From the IMG/VR virus record IMGVR_UViG_3300025064_000001: a stretch of DNA of 59,957 nucleotides; one strand, written 5' to 3'. Below, piece by piece: positions 18,541-30,000 of this stretch. The notes below the pieces were generated by a model. That model ran no database searches, was not told where the DNA came from, and worked only from the letters and a program-made list of their open reading frames with translations. Origin of the DNA: a virus. Position 1 is the first letter of the stretch, and the number at the start of each line of letters is the position of its first letter. Made by a program: the position numbers and the translations under genes.

Positions 18541-21228
18541 TCAGTAACTATAATTATAACTGGTAGATTCGCTCTCACTATCGCTCGAACCCACACTCGC
18601 GCTACCGCTACCACTAATACTTGCTGACACATGCGCGGCGCTCATAGCACCTGCTGCCAATTGCGCGGTATATTGACCAGTTGCCTTAGCAGCCTCTAGT
18701 GCGATACGTGCCTGCTCCTGCGCTTGGCTGACCTTGGCATTGTACTCGCTAATCTGCATCTCAGCATAAGCCAAGTTGGTACGAGTATTCATATCAGTGT
18801 ACTTAGACTGCATCTCACTGTCGGCAGTATTGGCCGCCACTTGTGCGCGCCAGCCATCGACTTGCGCGGTAAATACTTGCGTATTGTATTGCACCTCACT
18901 GAGTCCAGCTTGTAGCTCCGCCTTAAAGCCGTCCACATCAGCCAAGTAGGTCGTCACATAAGCGCGAGCGGCATCAATATTAATCTGCGCCTGCTTAACT
19001 TTGACATCACTTTTTGAGGCATAGCTTTGTACGCGACTGGCAAATGCTCGTACCGTACTGTCATAGATTTCAGCCTTGGCTGTTTCCGCTTTCACCTGAC
19101 TATCAAAGGCGTCAAACTTCACTTTTTGCGCGTCATTCTGCGCTTTATAGGCATCGATATCACTGCTGTATATTCTTGCCTGCGTCTCACCAATACCGAG
19201 TTCTGCTTGCTTGGCTTTAATCTGCGCCTCAAAGCTGGCAAGCATGAGCTTACCGGACTCTGATTGTGCCAATGCTGCCCGGACATCGGTTTCATAGATA
19301 CCAGCTTCGGTCTGCATGATGCCAGCCTTGATAGCTTCGCCGCGTAGTGCCGCCTCGTGCATCTCAAGCTTAACCTTTTCGCCACCAAGTTTGGCCGTGT
19401 AAGCTTGAATATCAGTACCGTATATCTGTGCTTGCGTCTGCGCTATGCCTAGCTTGGCTTGCTCACCATCGATACTGGCTTTATACAACTCAAGCTTTAG
19501 GCGTTCGCCATCGAGCTTGCCGCCATAAGCTTGTATGCGCTTGGCATAGATATCCGCTTGCGTCTGGGCGATACCGACCTTGGTTTGAGCGCCGCGCATT
19601 TCAATATCATACTTCTCAAGCTTTAGACGTTCAGCGCCAAGCTGCTCAGCATAAGCCTGCATATCGGTTTTATAAACATCAAACTGCGCCTTGATGATAT
19701 CGACACGCATCTGGACGGCAAGCATCTTGGTTTTAAACAGCTCGCCATCGGCGGTCGCGCCAGCCAATTTTGCCTTATAGACTTCCAGCTCTTGCGCGTT
19801 CAGCTGACCTTGGGCGACCTTACTCTCAATCTCAAGTCTAATTTTACTGACGAACATATCAAGCTTGGTCTTATAGGTATCAACCAGTATCTTAAAGCCT
19901 TCGTTTTGTGCATTAAAGATGGTGAATTGGTACTCATACAAGCGGAAGTTTGCCTCGACGTTGTACTTGGCCACTTCAAATAGTCGATTGGTGGTATCAA
20001 GCCAGCGGTTATAGGTTGCTTGCTCAAGCGCCATACCCTTCTCGACCGCAAATTTTAGCGCATCGATTTGCATCTTACTGGCTTCCATGAATACATCACG
20101 GTTTAAATCAGCGACACGTAGCTGCCCTTCCTGCCTTGCAACATTAACTTGCTTGGCAAGCATACCAGGCGGCATGCTAAACCCACGACCTGCCCAAGTA
20201 TTAGTTGCCTCTTGTACACTACGCTCGACCTCGGCGCTAATACGCTCGCGTGGCTTGTCAAACAAAGCGCGTACCACTGGCTCAGGTAAACCAAAGTTTT
20301 CAGGCTTATTGAGCATGTCACTGGCAACCGTTATCAGGTCATCATATAGCGGATGATCGTAAGCGGTCGGCTCGGTCCACCAGTCCTCGTTAAAATCCAT
20401 CTCATCAAATTGATGATCAGCGTTTGGCATGTCCGGCAGATTCAGCTCGGGCATCACAAAGTCATCAATCTTTAATGCTTCGAGCTGTGCAAGCTCTGGC
20501 AGTACCAAATCAAAATCTGCTGGCATGTCCACATTCACATCGACGTCAGGTCGCTGCGGTGCGTTCAGCTTATCAATGGCATCAAGCGTTGGCAGTGTAA
20601 CGCTGGTATCAAAGTCCGGCTCGTTGGGTGCGGCGTGCTCGCTCAGTGTTGGCGCGACTGGCATGTTGACCGTTAAATCAAGGTCTGGTCTATCGGGCGC
20701 TGCGACCGCATCAATCGTTGGCAAGTCAGGGATATCGATGGTGATTGTCGTTTGATTGCGCTCAGGCATGACAATCGGGTCGATAGTCGGCGCATCCGGG
20801 AAGGCAACCGTGGTCACAATATCTGGGCGTGCTGGCAGGTCTACCCGTTCAAGCTCGGGTGCTTGTGGCGGCGTGATAGATATCTCAGCTGGTGCTTCGG
20901 GTTCTGGCCCCAAGTCCGACACATCAAGATTGCTTAAAAACCTATCGATGTCCGTCATGTTGGGCATGGCAGGAATGGTTAGGCTGGCAGGGTCAAAGGT
21001 TGGGAATGCACCGATATCATACGTTGGCACTACTGCTTCTGGTACTTGCGGTCTAATCGGTGCTGGTATATCGGCAATCGTGATATCGCCAATATCACTT
21101 AGCGCCACTGACAGCTCATTGTTGTAGCGTCTTGATAGGCTATCCAAGTCTTTTATCTTTTCAACCACGGTGTCCGTGGCTCGGTATAGCATGTTGTCTG
21201 CTATCGCGCCTCTAATGGTTAAGGCCAT
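18541..21228 (-). CDS. 895-aa virion protein with a Pro/Asp-rich N-terminal region and tandem 42-aa coiled-coil repeats
   Basis: Repeats with period 42 aa (starts about 522, 564, 606, 648, 690), e.g. IQAYGGKLDGERLKLELYKASIDGEQAKLGIAQTQAQIYGTD. Ser-rich C-terminus. Confidence 0.75.
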   Translation of the reverse strand: MALTIRGAIADNMLYRATDTVVEKIKDLDSLSRRYNNELSVALSDIGDITIADIPAPIRPQVPEAVVPTYDIGAFPTFDPASLTIPAMPNMTDIDRFLSNLDVSDLGPEPEAPAEISITPPQAPELERVDLPARPDIVTTVAFPDAPTIDPIVMPERNQTTITIDIPDLPTIDAVAAPDRPDLDLTVNMPVAPTLSEHAAPNEPDFDTSVTLPTLDAIDKLNAPQRPDVDVNVDMPADFDLVLPELAQLEALKIDDFVMPELNLPDMPNADHQFDEMDFNEDWWTEPTAYDHPLYDDLITVASDMLNKPENFGLPEPVVRALFDKPRERISAEVERSVQEATNTWAGRGFSMPPGMLAKQVNVARQEGQLRVADLNRDVFMEASKMQIDALKFAVEKGMALEQATYNRWLDTTNRLFEVAKYNVEANFRLYEYQFTIFNAQNEGFKILVDTYKTKLDMFVSKIRLEIESKVAQGQLNAQELEVYKAKLAGATADGELFKTKMLAVQMRVDIIKAQFDVYKTDMQAYAEQLGAERLKLEKYDIEMRGAQTKVGIAQTQADIYAKRIQAYGGKLDGERLKLELYKASIDGEQAKLGIAQTQAQIYGTDIQAYTAKLGGEKVKLEMHEAALRGEAIKAGIMQTEAGIYETDVRAALAQSESGKLMLASFEAQIKAKQAELGIGETQARIYSSDIDAYKAQNDAQKVKFDAFDSQVKAETAKAEIYDSTVRAFASRVQSYASKSDVKVKQAQINIDAARAYVTTYLADVDGFKAELQAGLSEVQYNTQVFTAQVDGWRAQVAANTADSEMQSKYTDMNTRTNLAYAEMQISEYNAKVSQAQEQARIALEAAKATGQYTAQLAAGAMSAAHVSASISGSGSASVGSSDSESESTSYNYSY

Positions 21229-21229
21229 C

Positions 21230-22615
21230 TTATACTCTCCGACTGGTTGGTAAGTGCTCGATAGTCAGGTCATTGATATGCCCATGCGTACCGATCATGA
21301 TTAATTCAAAAGCAAAGTGACGACCACGCAAGCCGCGACCAAAGATAAAGCGGCCATTGGTCAATTCATTAGCAACCTCACTTGGTAGCAGGTAGGTATA
21401 TTGCTGCTCGATACCCTTTTGGGTGCTGTGTACTGTCATGCTAGCACCGCCGTTTAGCTCATACTCAAGATAGGCGCTTGCTGGGTGCGTGAGTTGACCA
21501 CGCCCTAAATCCATCTTGCCGGTCTTAACGATGGCCGTTACCGCATCTACTTCTTGGTCAAGGCGATAGATGCCGTCATCCGCCTCGCCGTATAGCACAC
21601 CATTGATAACGACTAAGCGATTATAATTGTAAGGATTGTAGCGGCTCATGGCCCAGCTATCGACGTTTGCTGTCCACGCCTGACCTTGTGCGCCGCCACT
21701 ACTGAGCACGCTATCCTCAATCACTGCACCATCGATAATCAACACCATGGCATCAAGCTTATCTGTCACCTCGTCAGTGATCGCAATGCTGTCCATGATG
21801 ATGGCGTTTTTAATAATACTATCGAGGACGATATCGCTAATAACAGCGGCATCAATCAGCAAGCCAGCCGCGCCAAACTTGCCGGTAGCCCTGTCACTGA
21901 TAGCTACGTCATCGATGATAATATCGGCGCGATTGAATAGCAGCTTATCTACTATAGATAGGTTGTCTATTGACAAAGCTTTGACAGTGCGCTGAGTGAA
22001 TGGCTGCCCATACGCAAATGCGCTGTCCGTAATAAGGGTTGCGATACTGCCAGTAGCGCTATCGGACACGCCAGCGCTGTCATTAACCAACTGCACCGCT
22101 TGCAATTTGTCGGTGGTGCTGTCAGCTGTAACCAGGCTATCAATAATTAAGTCGCGCTCAATGGCTGTGACACCATCTTTGGCGCCTGCGCTGTCTGTAA
22201 TTAAGTGGGTGACAATACGCTGGCTAGTCGTGCTGTCAGATACTTGGGCACTGTCAGTAGTAATCGAGCGTGTGCTGCCGCTCAGTAGTTCATTATTAGC
22301 AGTAGCGCTATCAGATTGCACCGCCAATAAGCCATGTTGATATTGCTCATCTATTTTGGCGCTATCGGTGTGTAGCTGGCTTGCTGCCTTGGTGTCTGTT
22401 ACTTGCTCAGATATGAAAGCGCTGTCCTGCAAGACTTGTATGCTGCTATCTATCACCTCGTCGCTGGCAAGAGCGCTACTAGATACCATAATAGCAATGC
22501 CAAATAATAGGGCGTCCGATACGCGCAGCAATTCCTCAACGACTGCACGTAAACCGCCAAAGGTGGTATTGCTGGCAATCGCCGTATCTTGGTTATCGTC
22601 TCTATAATTACTCAT
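21230..22615 (-). CDS. 461-aa virion protein built of ~20-aa (I/L)xDSAxxxD repeats plus a globular C-terminal domain
   Basis: At least 10 consecutive degenerate repeats in the translation (ITDSAGAKDG.., IIDSLVTADS.., VNDSAGVSDS..). Confidence 0.7.
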   Translation of the reverse strand: MSNYRDDNQDTAIASNTTFGGLRAVVEELLRVSDALLFGIAIMVSSSALASDEVIDSSIQVLQDSAFISEQVTDTKAASQLHTDSAKIDEQYQHGLLAVQSDSATANNELLSGSTRSITTDSAQVSDSTTSQRIVTHLITDSAGAKDGVTAIERDLIIDSLVTADSTTDKLQAVQLVNDSAGVSDSATGSIATLITDSAFAYGQPFTQRTVKALSIDNLSIVDKLLFNRADIIIDDVAISDRATGKFGAAGLLIDAAVISDIVLDSIIKNAIIMDSIAITDEVTDKLDAMVLIIDGAVIEDSVLSSGGAQGQAWTANVDSWAMSRYNPYNYNRLVVINGVLYGEADDGIYRLDQEVDAVTAIVKTGKMDLGRGQLTHPASAYLEYELNGGASMTVHSTQKGIEQQYTYLLPSEVANELTNGRFIFGRGLRGRHFAFELIMIGTHGHINDLTIEHLPTSRRV

Positions 22616-25196
22616 TGATCACTCCTATAAAACAATGCGCTGATTTATGATCAGCAAGTTTGGTGCTGCCCCAATAAGAGCGTAAGCCATTGGCTTTGGT
22701 TTCACTGGTGCTTGAGTATTTTTGTGTGCCGCAAGTTATCCATGTGGCGTCGCGGTAGAAGTACACCAGCGAACCGCCGCTATCGACTGGCGAAAAGCTG
22801 TAATAAAAGTCATCAGGTATATTTTCATGAATATTACCAGCGTCCTTAATAGAAATAGACGTATCAACACGCCCATAAAAGTTACCGTAGGTAGTATCGG
22901 ATTTTTCATAGGTGTCAAGCCTTGGTTCTTCTCCGCCAACAACCACTCCGTCTGCTGGGTGCGTACCATTTCTATCTGTGTATTTAGACAGCTTTCCTGA
23001 CACATCTGCATAACCGCCTTCTAAACCGTACCAATCACCACTATCTGCGAACCAGCTGTATTCATTGGTTATATAATCGCCCTTATTGACAAAAACATAA
23101 TCACCCTTACTTGGTGTTGGTTCGCCTATACCAAACTGCCCTATAAAGTGGTAAATAGGATCATAAGTCCATACTGAGTAAGAAGTAGGGTCTGCAACTG
23201 AAAGCTTATCGAGTTTCTCGTATTTTGTTTTCGACTCGCTTGTTTCGGTAAATGCGTACAACATACTGTCTCGTGTCAGAGCCGGAATACAGACTGCTAC
23301 ATCTATAACCCCATTGGTAGTAGTTATCGCTTCAGTCTTAAAACTATAATATCTATACCTAACCAAACCGCCCCACATAAATAGTAGTCGTGGCGTACTA
23401 TAAGCTGGGTTGCCATACCCTAGATCGCTGCCAGTAAGTTTGGTATAAGTGACGTTATCACTCTGCTCTCTCCTGTCATCAAAATGAGTGGTGTATAAAT
23501 ACCCCATTAAACCACTTATACTGTCGGTTCTGGTTTCCTCCCATTGTCCAACAATCATCACCTCCTCAAAGGTGGTATCTTTTTCCTGCTGGAATCGACG
23601 TTCATCAAGAAAATATTTGATGACAGTAAGCTGGTCATCGATATAGCAACCAAAGACAACCGTGTCGCATCTAGCGGATGGGCCTTTATATTCAGGCATT
23701 GACATATCGAACGATTCGCAGCCAAGGCCGGTAAACTCAGGGAACTTTAAGTACCCAAATGACAGCGGATTAGGATTACCCCAATATAAATTGCCTTTTG
23801 ATACTTCTGTCAGGCTGCCGTGATGATTGGCGATAGGGTCTGCAATCAAATTTTCCCAATAATCAACATTGCCAGTGTTGGCTCTAGCATGAGCCATTAG
23901 TACATGATTTGGCGTGCGCATAATCTTGTAGCGGATAGCGCGTTCTCTATGGCCATTGCCGCTTAGCTGCTTAAATAAACTGCCTATATAGCGATTTAAA
24001 ATAGCAGCATCTTGACGGTCGTTTATGTTTTTAGCGTTTAGCGTCCAACCATTATTAACCGCTGCACCTAGACGCAAGCGCAATTTAAAGCCGTGAGCGT
24101 AGCGTATGTTTTCACCGCCGCCACTCCAGCATGTATTGAATGCCTCGGTGCCTTTACTATTGAATGACCAGCCACAAGCTGTATAAAAAGCATTGTTCTT
24201 ATAAAACTCGCTGGTATCGCATACCTTGATGATCGCGCCAGCTCTATACCAGGCTTGGAAATCATCGCCTGTTGGGAACAACTCACCGCTTGGTAGGCCG
24301 CCAAAACGCTCAACGATATGTATTAACTCGTCATCTACCACTTCACGCAAATAGCTCAAAAAAGCTGGGGCAGTGGTAGCAGGAATGATAGGTAGCGGCA
24401 TAGCATAAACACCGCTTGCACTAATTCGTAGCAACCACGGATTGCCAGCAGCATCAAAAGACACAGCATTGGTCAATCTATGACTGTACTCATATTTAAC
24501 CTTGCCCTCAAAATCAGGTATGCCGCTGTAAGCTGGCAGGCGTTGATTGGCGATATAAGCTCTGACGCTTTTATTGACTTGCGCTGGCAGCTTAAAACGC
24601 TTTCGCTCCAATGGCTTGTCAGGCAGATCGTCTGCGTCTTGGCGACCATAGCCACCGATGATTTGCACCACCTCCGACATAGCGCCCGAATACCAAGTTG
24701 CGCGCAACTTGTGGTACTGAGTGAATGTTTTTATGCCCTTATACTGCGGCTCAAAGTATTTAAACTTGTCTGCGTATTCAATACGGAAACGATGTAAGGC
24801 TAACTCCTTTGGCGGCAACGACTCGCTACCGCTGTAGTTTATTAGTCGTCGTCTTGTGGTTTCGGTTAGACGTAAATCTACGCCGTCTGTTTTAAAAGGA
24901 ATGGGATTGAGTACGACGCCTGAGTACAACATAGGCATGTAGTCGGTTGCCATGCCATCGATAGTAATTAATGCTATCTCGCTGGTTTTATGAGCAATGA
25001 CACGAAAGTTATTGCCCATATCCTGAATGACAACATAGCCGCCGTCAGGCAGATCGTAAACCATGCGCGAGCTATCTATAGACGATAAGTCTTTTAGATT
25101 ACTAAAGCGCTTAGCGGTAACTGAGACAAACGCTTCATCACGGTCGGTTAGCTTGCCGCCAATGACGTGCAAGCCATACGGTCTACCTTGGTGCAT
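22608..25196 (-). CDS. 862-aa virion structural protein (function unassigned)
   Basis: Long ORF in the virion block with 8-nt overlap coupling to its neighbour. Confidence 0.7.
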   Translation of the reverse strand: MHQGRPYGLHVIGGKLTDRDEAFVSVTAKRFSNLKDLSSIDSSRMVYDLPDGGYVVIQDMGNNFRVIAHKTSEIALITIDGMATDYMPMLYSGVVLNPIPFKTDGVDLRLTETTRRRLINYSGSESLPPKELALHRFRIEYADKFKYFEPQYKGIKTFTQYHKLRATWYSGAMSEVVQIIGGYGRQDADDLPDKPLERKRFKLPAQVNKSVRAYIANQRLPAYSGIPDFEGKVKYEYSHRLTNAVSFDAAGNPWLLRISASGVYAMPLPIIPATTAPAFLSYLREVVDDELIHIVERFGGLPSGELFPTGDDFQAWYRAGAIIKVCDTSEFYKNNAFYTACGWSFNSKGTEAFNTCWSGGGENIRYAHGFKLRLRLGAAVNNGWTLNAKNINDRQDAAILNRYIGSLFKQLSGNGHRERAIRYKIMRTPNHVLMAHARANTGNVDYWENLIADPIANHHGSLTEVSKGNLYWGNPNPLSFGYLKFPEFTGLGCESFDMSMPEYKGPSARCDTVVFGCYIDDQLTVIKYFLDERRFQQEKDTTFEEVMIVGQWEETRTDSISGLMGYLYTTHFDDRREQSDNVTYTKLTGSDLGYGNPAYSTPRLLFMWGGLVRYRYYSFKTEAITTTNGVIDVAVCIPALTRDSMLYAFTETSESKTKYEKLDKLSVADPTSYSVWTYDPIYHFIGQFGIGEPTPSKGDYVFVNKGDYITNEYSWFADSGDWYGLEGGYADVSGKLSKYTDRNGTHPADGVVVGGEEPRLDTYEKSDTTYGNFYGRVDTSISIKDAGNIHENIPDDFYYSFSPVDSGGSLVYFYRDATWITCGTQKYSSTSETKANGLRSYWGSTKLADHKSAHCFIGVINE

Positions 25197-25203
25197 AACT
25201 CAC

Positions 25204-25803
25204 CTACACAGTCAGACTGATACGATAACCAATCTCATAGGTATCACCATCTTGGAATACGCGAGGCGCTGCATACTTACTGGCACTAATGAGCGCGCCA
25301 GCCGTACTGCCCTTGCTGCTATTGGTGAGCATTGCCGCGCCTTGCACTGTTAAGCTACTGGCAGTTTTCATGGTTACTTTTGCGACGGCGGCCATATTGT
25401 CAATAGAGTTAGTAGCAGTATTGGCAGGCGTCCACGTTGGGCGTGTTGCTGCGCTATAGCCTTCAGTCATACTAACAATTTCACTTGCGGTACTGGCAAA
25501 GCTTGCGGCAGTCCAACTTGCGGTTGGCTGTGCGGCTGCTGAAAATAGCGCCAGGTGATAGCTGGCAGGTTTTGGCGTGGTGCCAAGCGCGACGTTTAGA
25601 ATGTGCGCAAGGCCTTCAGTTGGGATAAGGTTTTCGGTACGTGTCCACTCGCCGCCATTGATACGGTCGTAGTATTCACCTTTGGCAGTAATGCCTTGTC
25701 CTGTGGTAATACTGCCATCTTCGTTGTTTGTGTAGTCTTTGGCACTTACTGCTGCTAGTAATGTGCTCGCTAAGAAGGGGTTTAATGATTTTTGTGATTT
25801 CAC
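25204..25803 (-). CDS. 199-aa virion structural protein (function unassigned)
   Basis: ORF in the virion block. Ala/Thr/Ser-rich. Confidence 0.65.
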   Translation of the reverse strand: MKSQKSLNPFLASTLLAAVSAKDYTNNEDGSITTGQGITAKGEYYDRINGGEWTRTENLIPTEGLAHILNVALGTTPKPASYHLALFSAAAQPTASWTAASFASTASEIVSMTEGYSAATRPTWTPANTATNSIDNMAAVAKVTMKTASSLTVQGAAMLTNSSKGSTAGALISASKYAAPRVFQDGDTYEIGYRISLTV

Positions 25804-25837
25804 GGTTTGTCTCCTTTGACAATTTGGCTAACCGTGA

Positions 25838-27019
25838 TTAGTTTACCGCTGTGACAAGCCTCCGGTCGAACCTTACAGTAGTGCCGGACTGTGCGCTGAT
25901 ATTGCTAATGCGCCCAGCTTGGTATTCAATAATCTGTCCAGCGCTGCTGCCAGCGACATAACCATTGCTTGCCAGCCATACCGTTACTAAGCTTCCGCCC
26001 TCTGCTGCCTCACCAATATCATTGCTTGGTATCTGTATCGCGCTGTTTGGTACGGGTGCTTGTGCGCTCTTAATAGAGATAGTCATATCGTCCGGCTGCG
26101 TGCCTTGAATGAATATCACATGGTCCGACTGACCAACCCATAAGCCATTCTCGACCGGCTGAATAAAGGTGACGCGCTGGCTAGTCTGGATAAAGCCATG
26201 GCGTTCATCGTGCAAGTGGTAGTCCAGCGGCTCTGAAAATCGAATGACGTTAGCGGTTGCTGTGATAAGACGACCGCGCCAGTAGCATAAAAATTTACCG
26301 GTAGGCATAGGCGATAGGTGCGCAAACTGCGCGGCCATACCTAGCTTATGGTCTTTGCTGATTGCAAAGTTAGTCGCGGCTCTATCTATAGTGCCAGCCA
26401 GTTGCATATCAGTACCGCCAATACTGGTCGCATAGATATTTACGCCAGTCACCGTCGGGTCAAAAACCATCGGCAGTACAATATCAGCCGACTCGCCAGC
26501 AGTGACATAATCAGACAAGCTGGATTCCATCGAGCCTCGTAACCATGATATCGCCACGCTTCTTGATGATGGCTTGGTGTTTTCCACGCTATCATCAGCA
26601 ATCGGCGCTGGCGGCGCATCAATGGTAAGTGGTATAGCTAAGTGACCATCATAGGCATATAACCCATGCTTACCAGCTACCACGACCAGGTTGTTTAGTA
26701 CGGCATGACTCACCTCGCCATCACCAATAGTTGCCAACACTTCATGCGACCAACTGTTACCATCTGCCTTTACCTTAACCCAATCATTAACATATACGCC
26801 AAAAACGTCTTTATGTAGTGGGCTTTGCCATAGGTTCGTGTAGGTACTATCTGTTACCTTGCCGCCACTGGCAATCATATCGAGCTTGCCAGCTGGCGTG
26901 ACATTGGCGTTCACCACATCGCGCATATAAACAAACGGCTCACGACCGCCCTGTACCATTGCCGCATCTTCCGAGGTGTTATCGATACCGAAACACGGCA
27001 TAAAACTTTGACTAGGCAT
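25838..27019 (-). CDS. 393-aa virion structural protein (function unassigned)
   Basis: ORF in the virion block. Overlaps the upstream gene by 8 nt. Confidence 0.7.
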   Translation of the reverse strand: MPSQSFMPCFGIDNTSEDAAMVQGGREPFVYMRDVVNANVTPAGKLDMIASGGKVTDSTYTNLWQSPLHKDVFGVYVNDWVKVKADGNSWSHEVLATIGDGEVSHAVLNNLVVVAGKHGLYAYDGHLAIPLTIDAPPAPIADDSVENTKPSSRSVAISWLRGSMESSLSDYVTAGESADIVLPMVFDPTVTGVNIYATSIGGTDMQLAGTIDRAATNFAISKDHKLGMAAQFAHLSPMPTGKFLCYWRGRLITATANVIRFSEPLDYHLHDERHGFIQTSQRVTFIQPVENGLWVGQSDHVIFIQGTQPDDMTISIKSAQAPVPNSAIQIPSNDIGEAAEGGSLVTVWLASNGYVAGSSAGQIIEYQAGRISNISAQSGTTVRFDRRLVTAVN

Positions 27020-30000
27020 GATAGCCTCCTTTTCTGAATTGATTTGAACTGCCGTCAGGTCGTATAAATTGCTGACCCCACTTGGTATCTATGGCTCCCA
27101 TTATTTCTGAGTCTATGCCGATAACATTAACGCCTTGTGTTAATACATCTGCATTGCTTTCTGAGCGCGTTATTTTCATACGTTTACCAAAGGCATTGAT
27201 ATCGTACTCACTTCTGAATGCCACAAAACCCTCTAATAGTATCTCTCGAACACGTAAACCAATTACTGTTTCGCCAAACACTGAGGTATCACCAGCGCCG
27301 ATATTCATTGGTACAAACTCACCAATACGCAATCCTTGCCACATATAAGGGGTGTCATCTGACTTACTAATACCCATTTCTAGCATGTCGCTACCTACGG
27401 TCAGTATATTTCGTACAAGCAATTCAATAGAGTGTGCGCCTATATCGCTGTTTTCAATACCCTCTAGCGCTACGATTTGCGCCCCAAGGTATGGCGGCCT
27501 ACTCACTGTCGCTGTGCCATGCTCATCGCCAACATAGCTATTGTTGTCGATGTTAATGGTTTTTTTCGTAAAAGGTATTTCAGGTATCCCCATAAACGAG
27601 CCACGGATAGTTGGTGGCTTAACGTATCTAGTATGCAGGTCTGTAGCAGCGCTCTCACTCACAATCGAGCTGGTATAACCATCGGGGTAAATAACCCTAT
27701 GCTGATTAGTGAGTGTATGCTGCCCAAATTTATCAACTGAAACAGCTTGTCCGTCATAGGGTTGATTAAAAGATGACGGGTAAATATAAAAAGGACTTAC
27801 TGTTAACTGATCGCCTATAGCGATTTCATTCTTTATGCCAATAACATCGATATGCTGTTTTTTATTACTAACAACTGGACCAAATTCAATATTTTTAGTT
27901 GATATGCCTACGTCCAGGTAGAGATTGTTTGACTGTACAATAGTATCACCAAACTCTTGTGAGTCGTGACCAGCGTGGTAAAGTACGTTTTGATTAAAAC
28001 TTGGTGTGCCAACCACTTCCTCAAAACTACCATCACCATTCGCACTGGGATTGATCTCATTCGCGTGCCATATATTTTGAGTGGTGTAAGGCGGCGCTCC
28101 TGTCTTAGTGACCGCATGTAGTTGACTGGTAACGCTATCTTGCCAGCCGCGCAAGCCTATTTGTTGCTTAGTGTCTGCTATCATCGCACTACCAAACAAG
28201 GTAGCGGTATCGCCTTGTGCTTTTACAAAACGCCATTGGGTGCGTATAGCTGTATTGCCAAACTCACTACTATCAAAACTACCAACCAGTAACGCTGGCG
28301 TGCGATTACGCACCACAGTGCCATAGCCAAAATTGTCACGATGACGCCAGCTAGGACCTATGATATTAAAGTGTATTGATAAGGATGGATAACCATATTT
28401 AGCTGTTTCATATCCTCTTAAAGTAAGATACTTGGTATATAAATCAATCGTTGGTAACTCTATTTGTGGTGGTGCAATAGAGTAGCGCGGCTCAATATCT
28501 ATCGTTCTGATACGATAGGCTATCATTGGTGCGCCCATTTCAAGCGAGTCGATACGCCCTACATTGCGATACTCACGCCTTGTATTAACAAGCGTACCTT
28601 CATTACCCCCTTGTGATTGATCATGACCTACTGGTGCAATAACACGCCCTGAATTATGCACCACTCCCCATGTTGATAATAGCGGCGGCTCTATAGCATC
28701 AAGTGCTATCGTCCTGTTCTTATGGCTTACCATGCCAATCGCAATTACTGGCGGCTCAATCCCTGCTGGTAGCAATGGTGTGGCGTTATTGTCTATCTGT
28801 GAATAACCAAATTTTTGTGAGATAAAACCAGTCACATTCATTTGAATATTGCGATTAGCTATTAATAGATAATCTGACCACTTAGGCGGCACAAGTCCAC
28901 TATTAACATCATACTCTTGTACGATATATTGCAGCTTGTTATAAACAACAATATCACCCCATCTGTCTTGCGGCTGCTGACCTACGCTGATATAGCCTAC
29001 TGGAGCGATGTACTTAGTGAGTAGATCAACGGTAGCGTTACCCCAAACACCAGTAAATCCAAGCGGTTGCAACGACTGTCTTATCGGGATAATGCGCTCA
29101 CCCCAAAGTGTCGCCTCATATCCTGCTGGCATAATGGTCTGTGTGCCGCCTACCATGTGACTAGAGGGAAATTCGGTATAGATAGCGACTGGCTCAATCC
29201 GTCTTGTGCCAAAACTTATCCACGCTTCACCATAATCATCGGCCTTGTACCCTTGCGCTATTAGTTCACGCAACTGGTGCGTTAATGTCGCTTCGCCGTA
29301 GTCAGATGATTGCCATGAGTCAGGAATAATAGGGCGCTGGCCATACCATACCGTTATCTCGCCAGCGTTGAAGCTGTCAATGCCTTTTTGGATTAGGTCT
29401 AGAGTTCTATTCTTATACCATATTGTTGTATCGCCAAACTCTGAGCTTTGACTTCCTATCGGGTTAAGCTCAGGTGTTGTGGTTAATACTGCGTTACCTA
29501 GTAGTAGATGATCAAAACCACTAGGCTGCAAAAATCGTATAGCATGCCCTATCGCTGGCGTGCCAGTATCGAAAGGCTCGATAGCATCAACAAAGAGTGA
29601 CGGTGTCTTATTAGTGATTAATACTGCACCTATCACCAAAGAGTCAATGCTCATAGGTGCGTAGTATCTATCTTTATTGGTTAATGTTGCGTAGTCACTA
29701 AAACGCCCATCATCAATAGACTTGACTTTAATAATGGTTGATTTGTTTATTATCGCTGTATCACCAAAGATAGCAGACGTTAATAACGATGGGGTTTGTA
29801 TAAATTGCGTGGGATCGGCAACTATTGCAAAACCTGACTCGTAAGCCAGTATGCCATTAGGTGATAGGTTTCGCGTATGGAACCAAACGGTAGGCGTGCC
29901 AGCCAACGAGCTTATAAAGCCATTAGGTAGTAGCACTGGTATGCGTATATCAGGTACACCTATTTTTGTTTGAAATATGCCGTCAGGGTACAACATGCGT

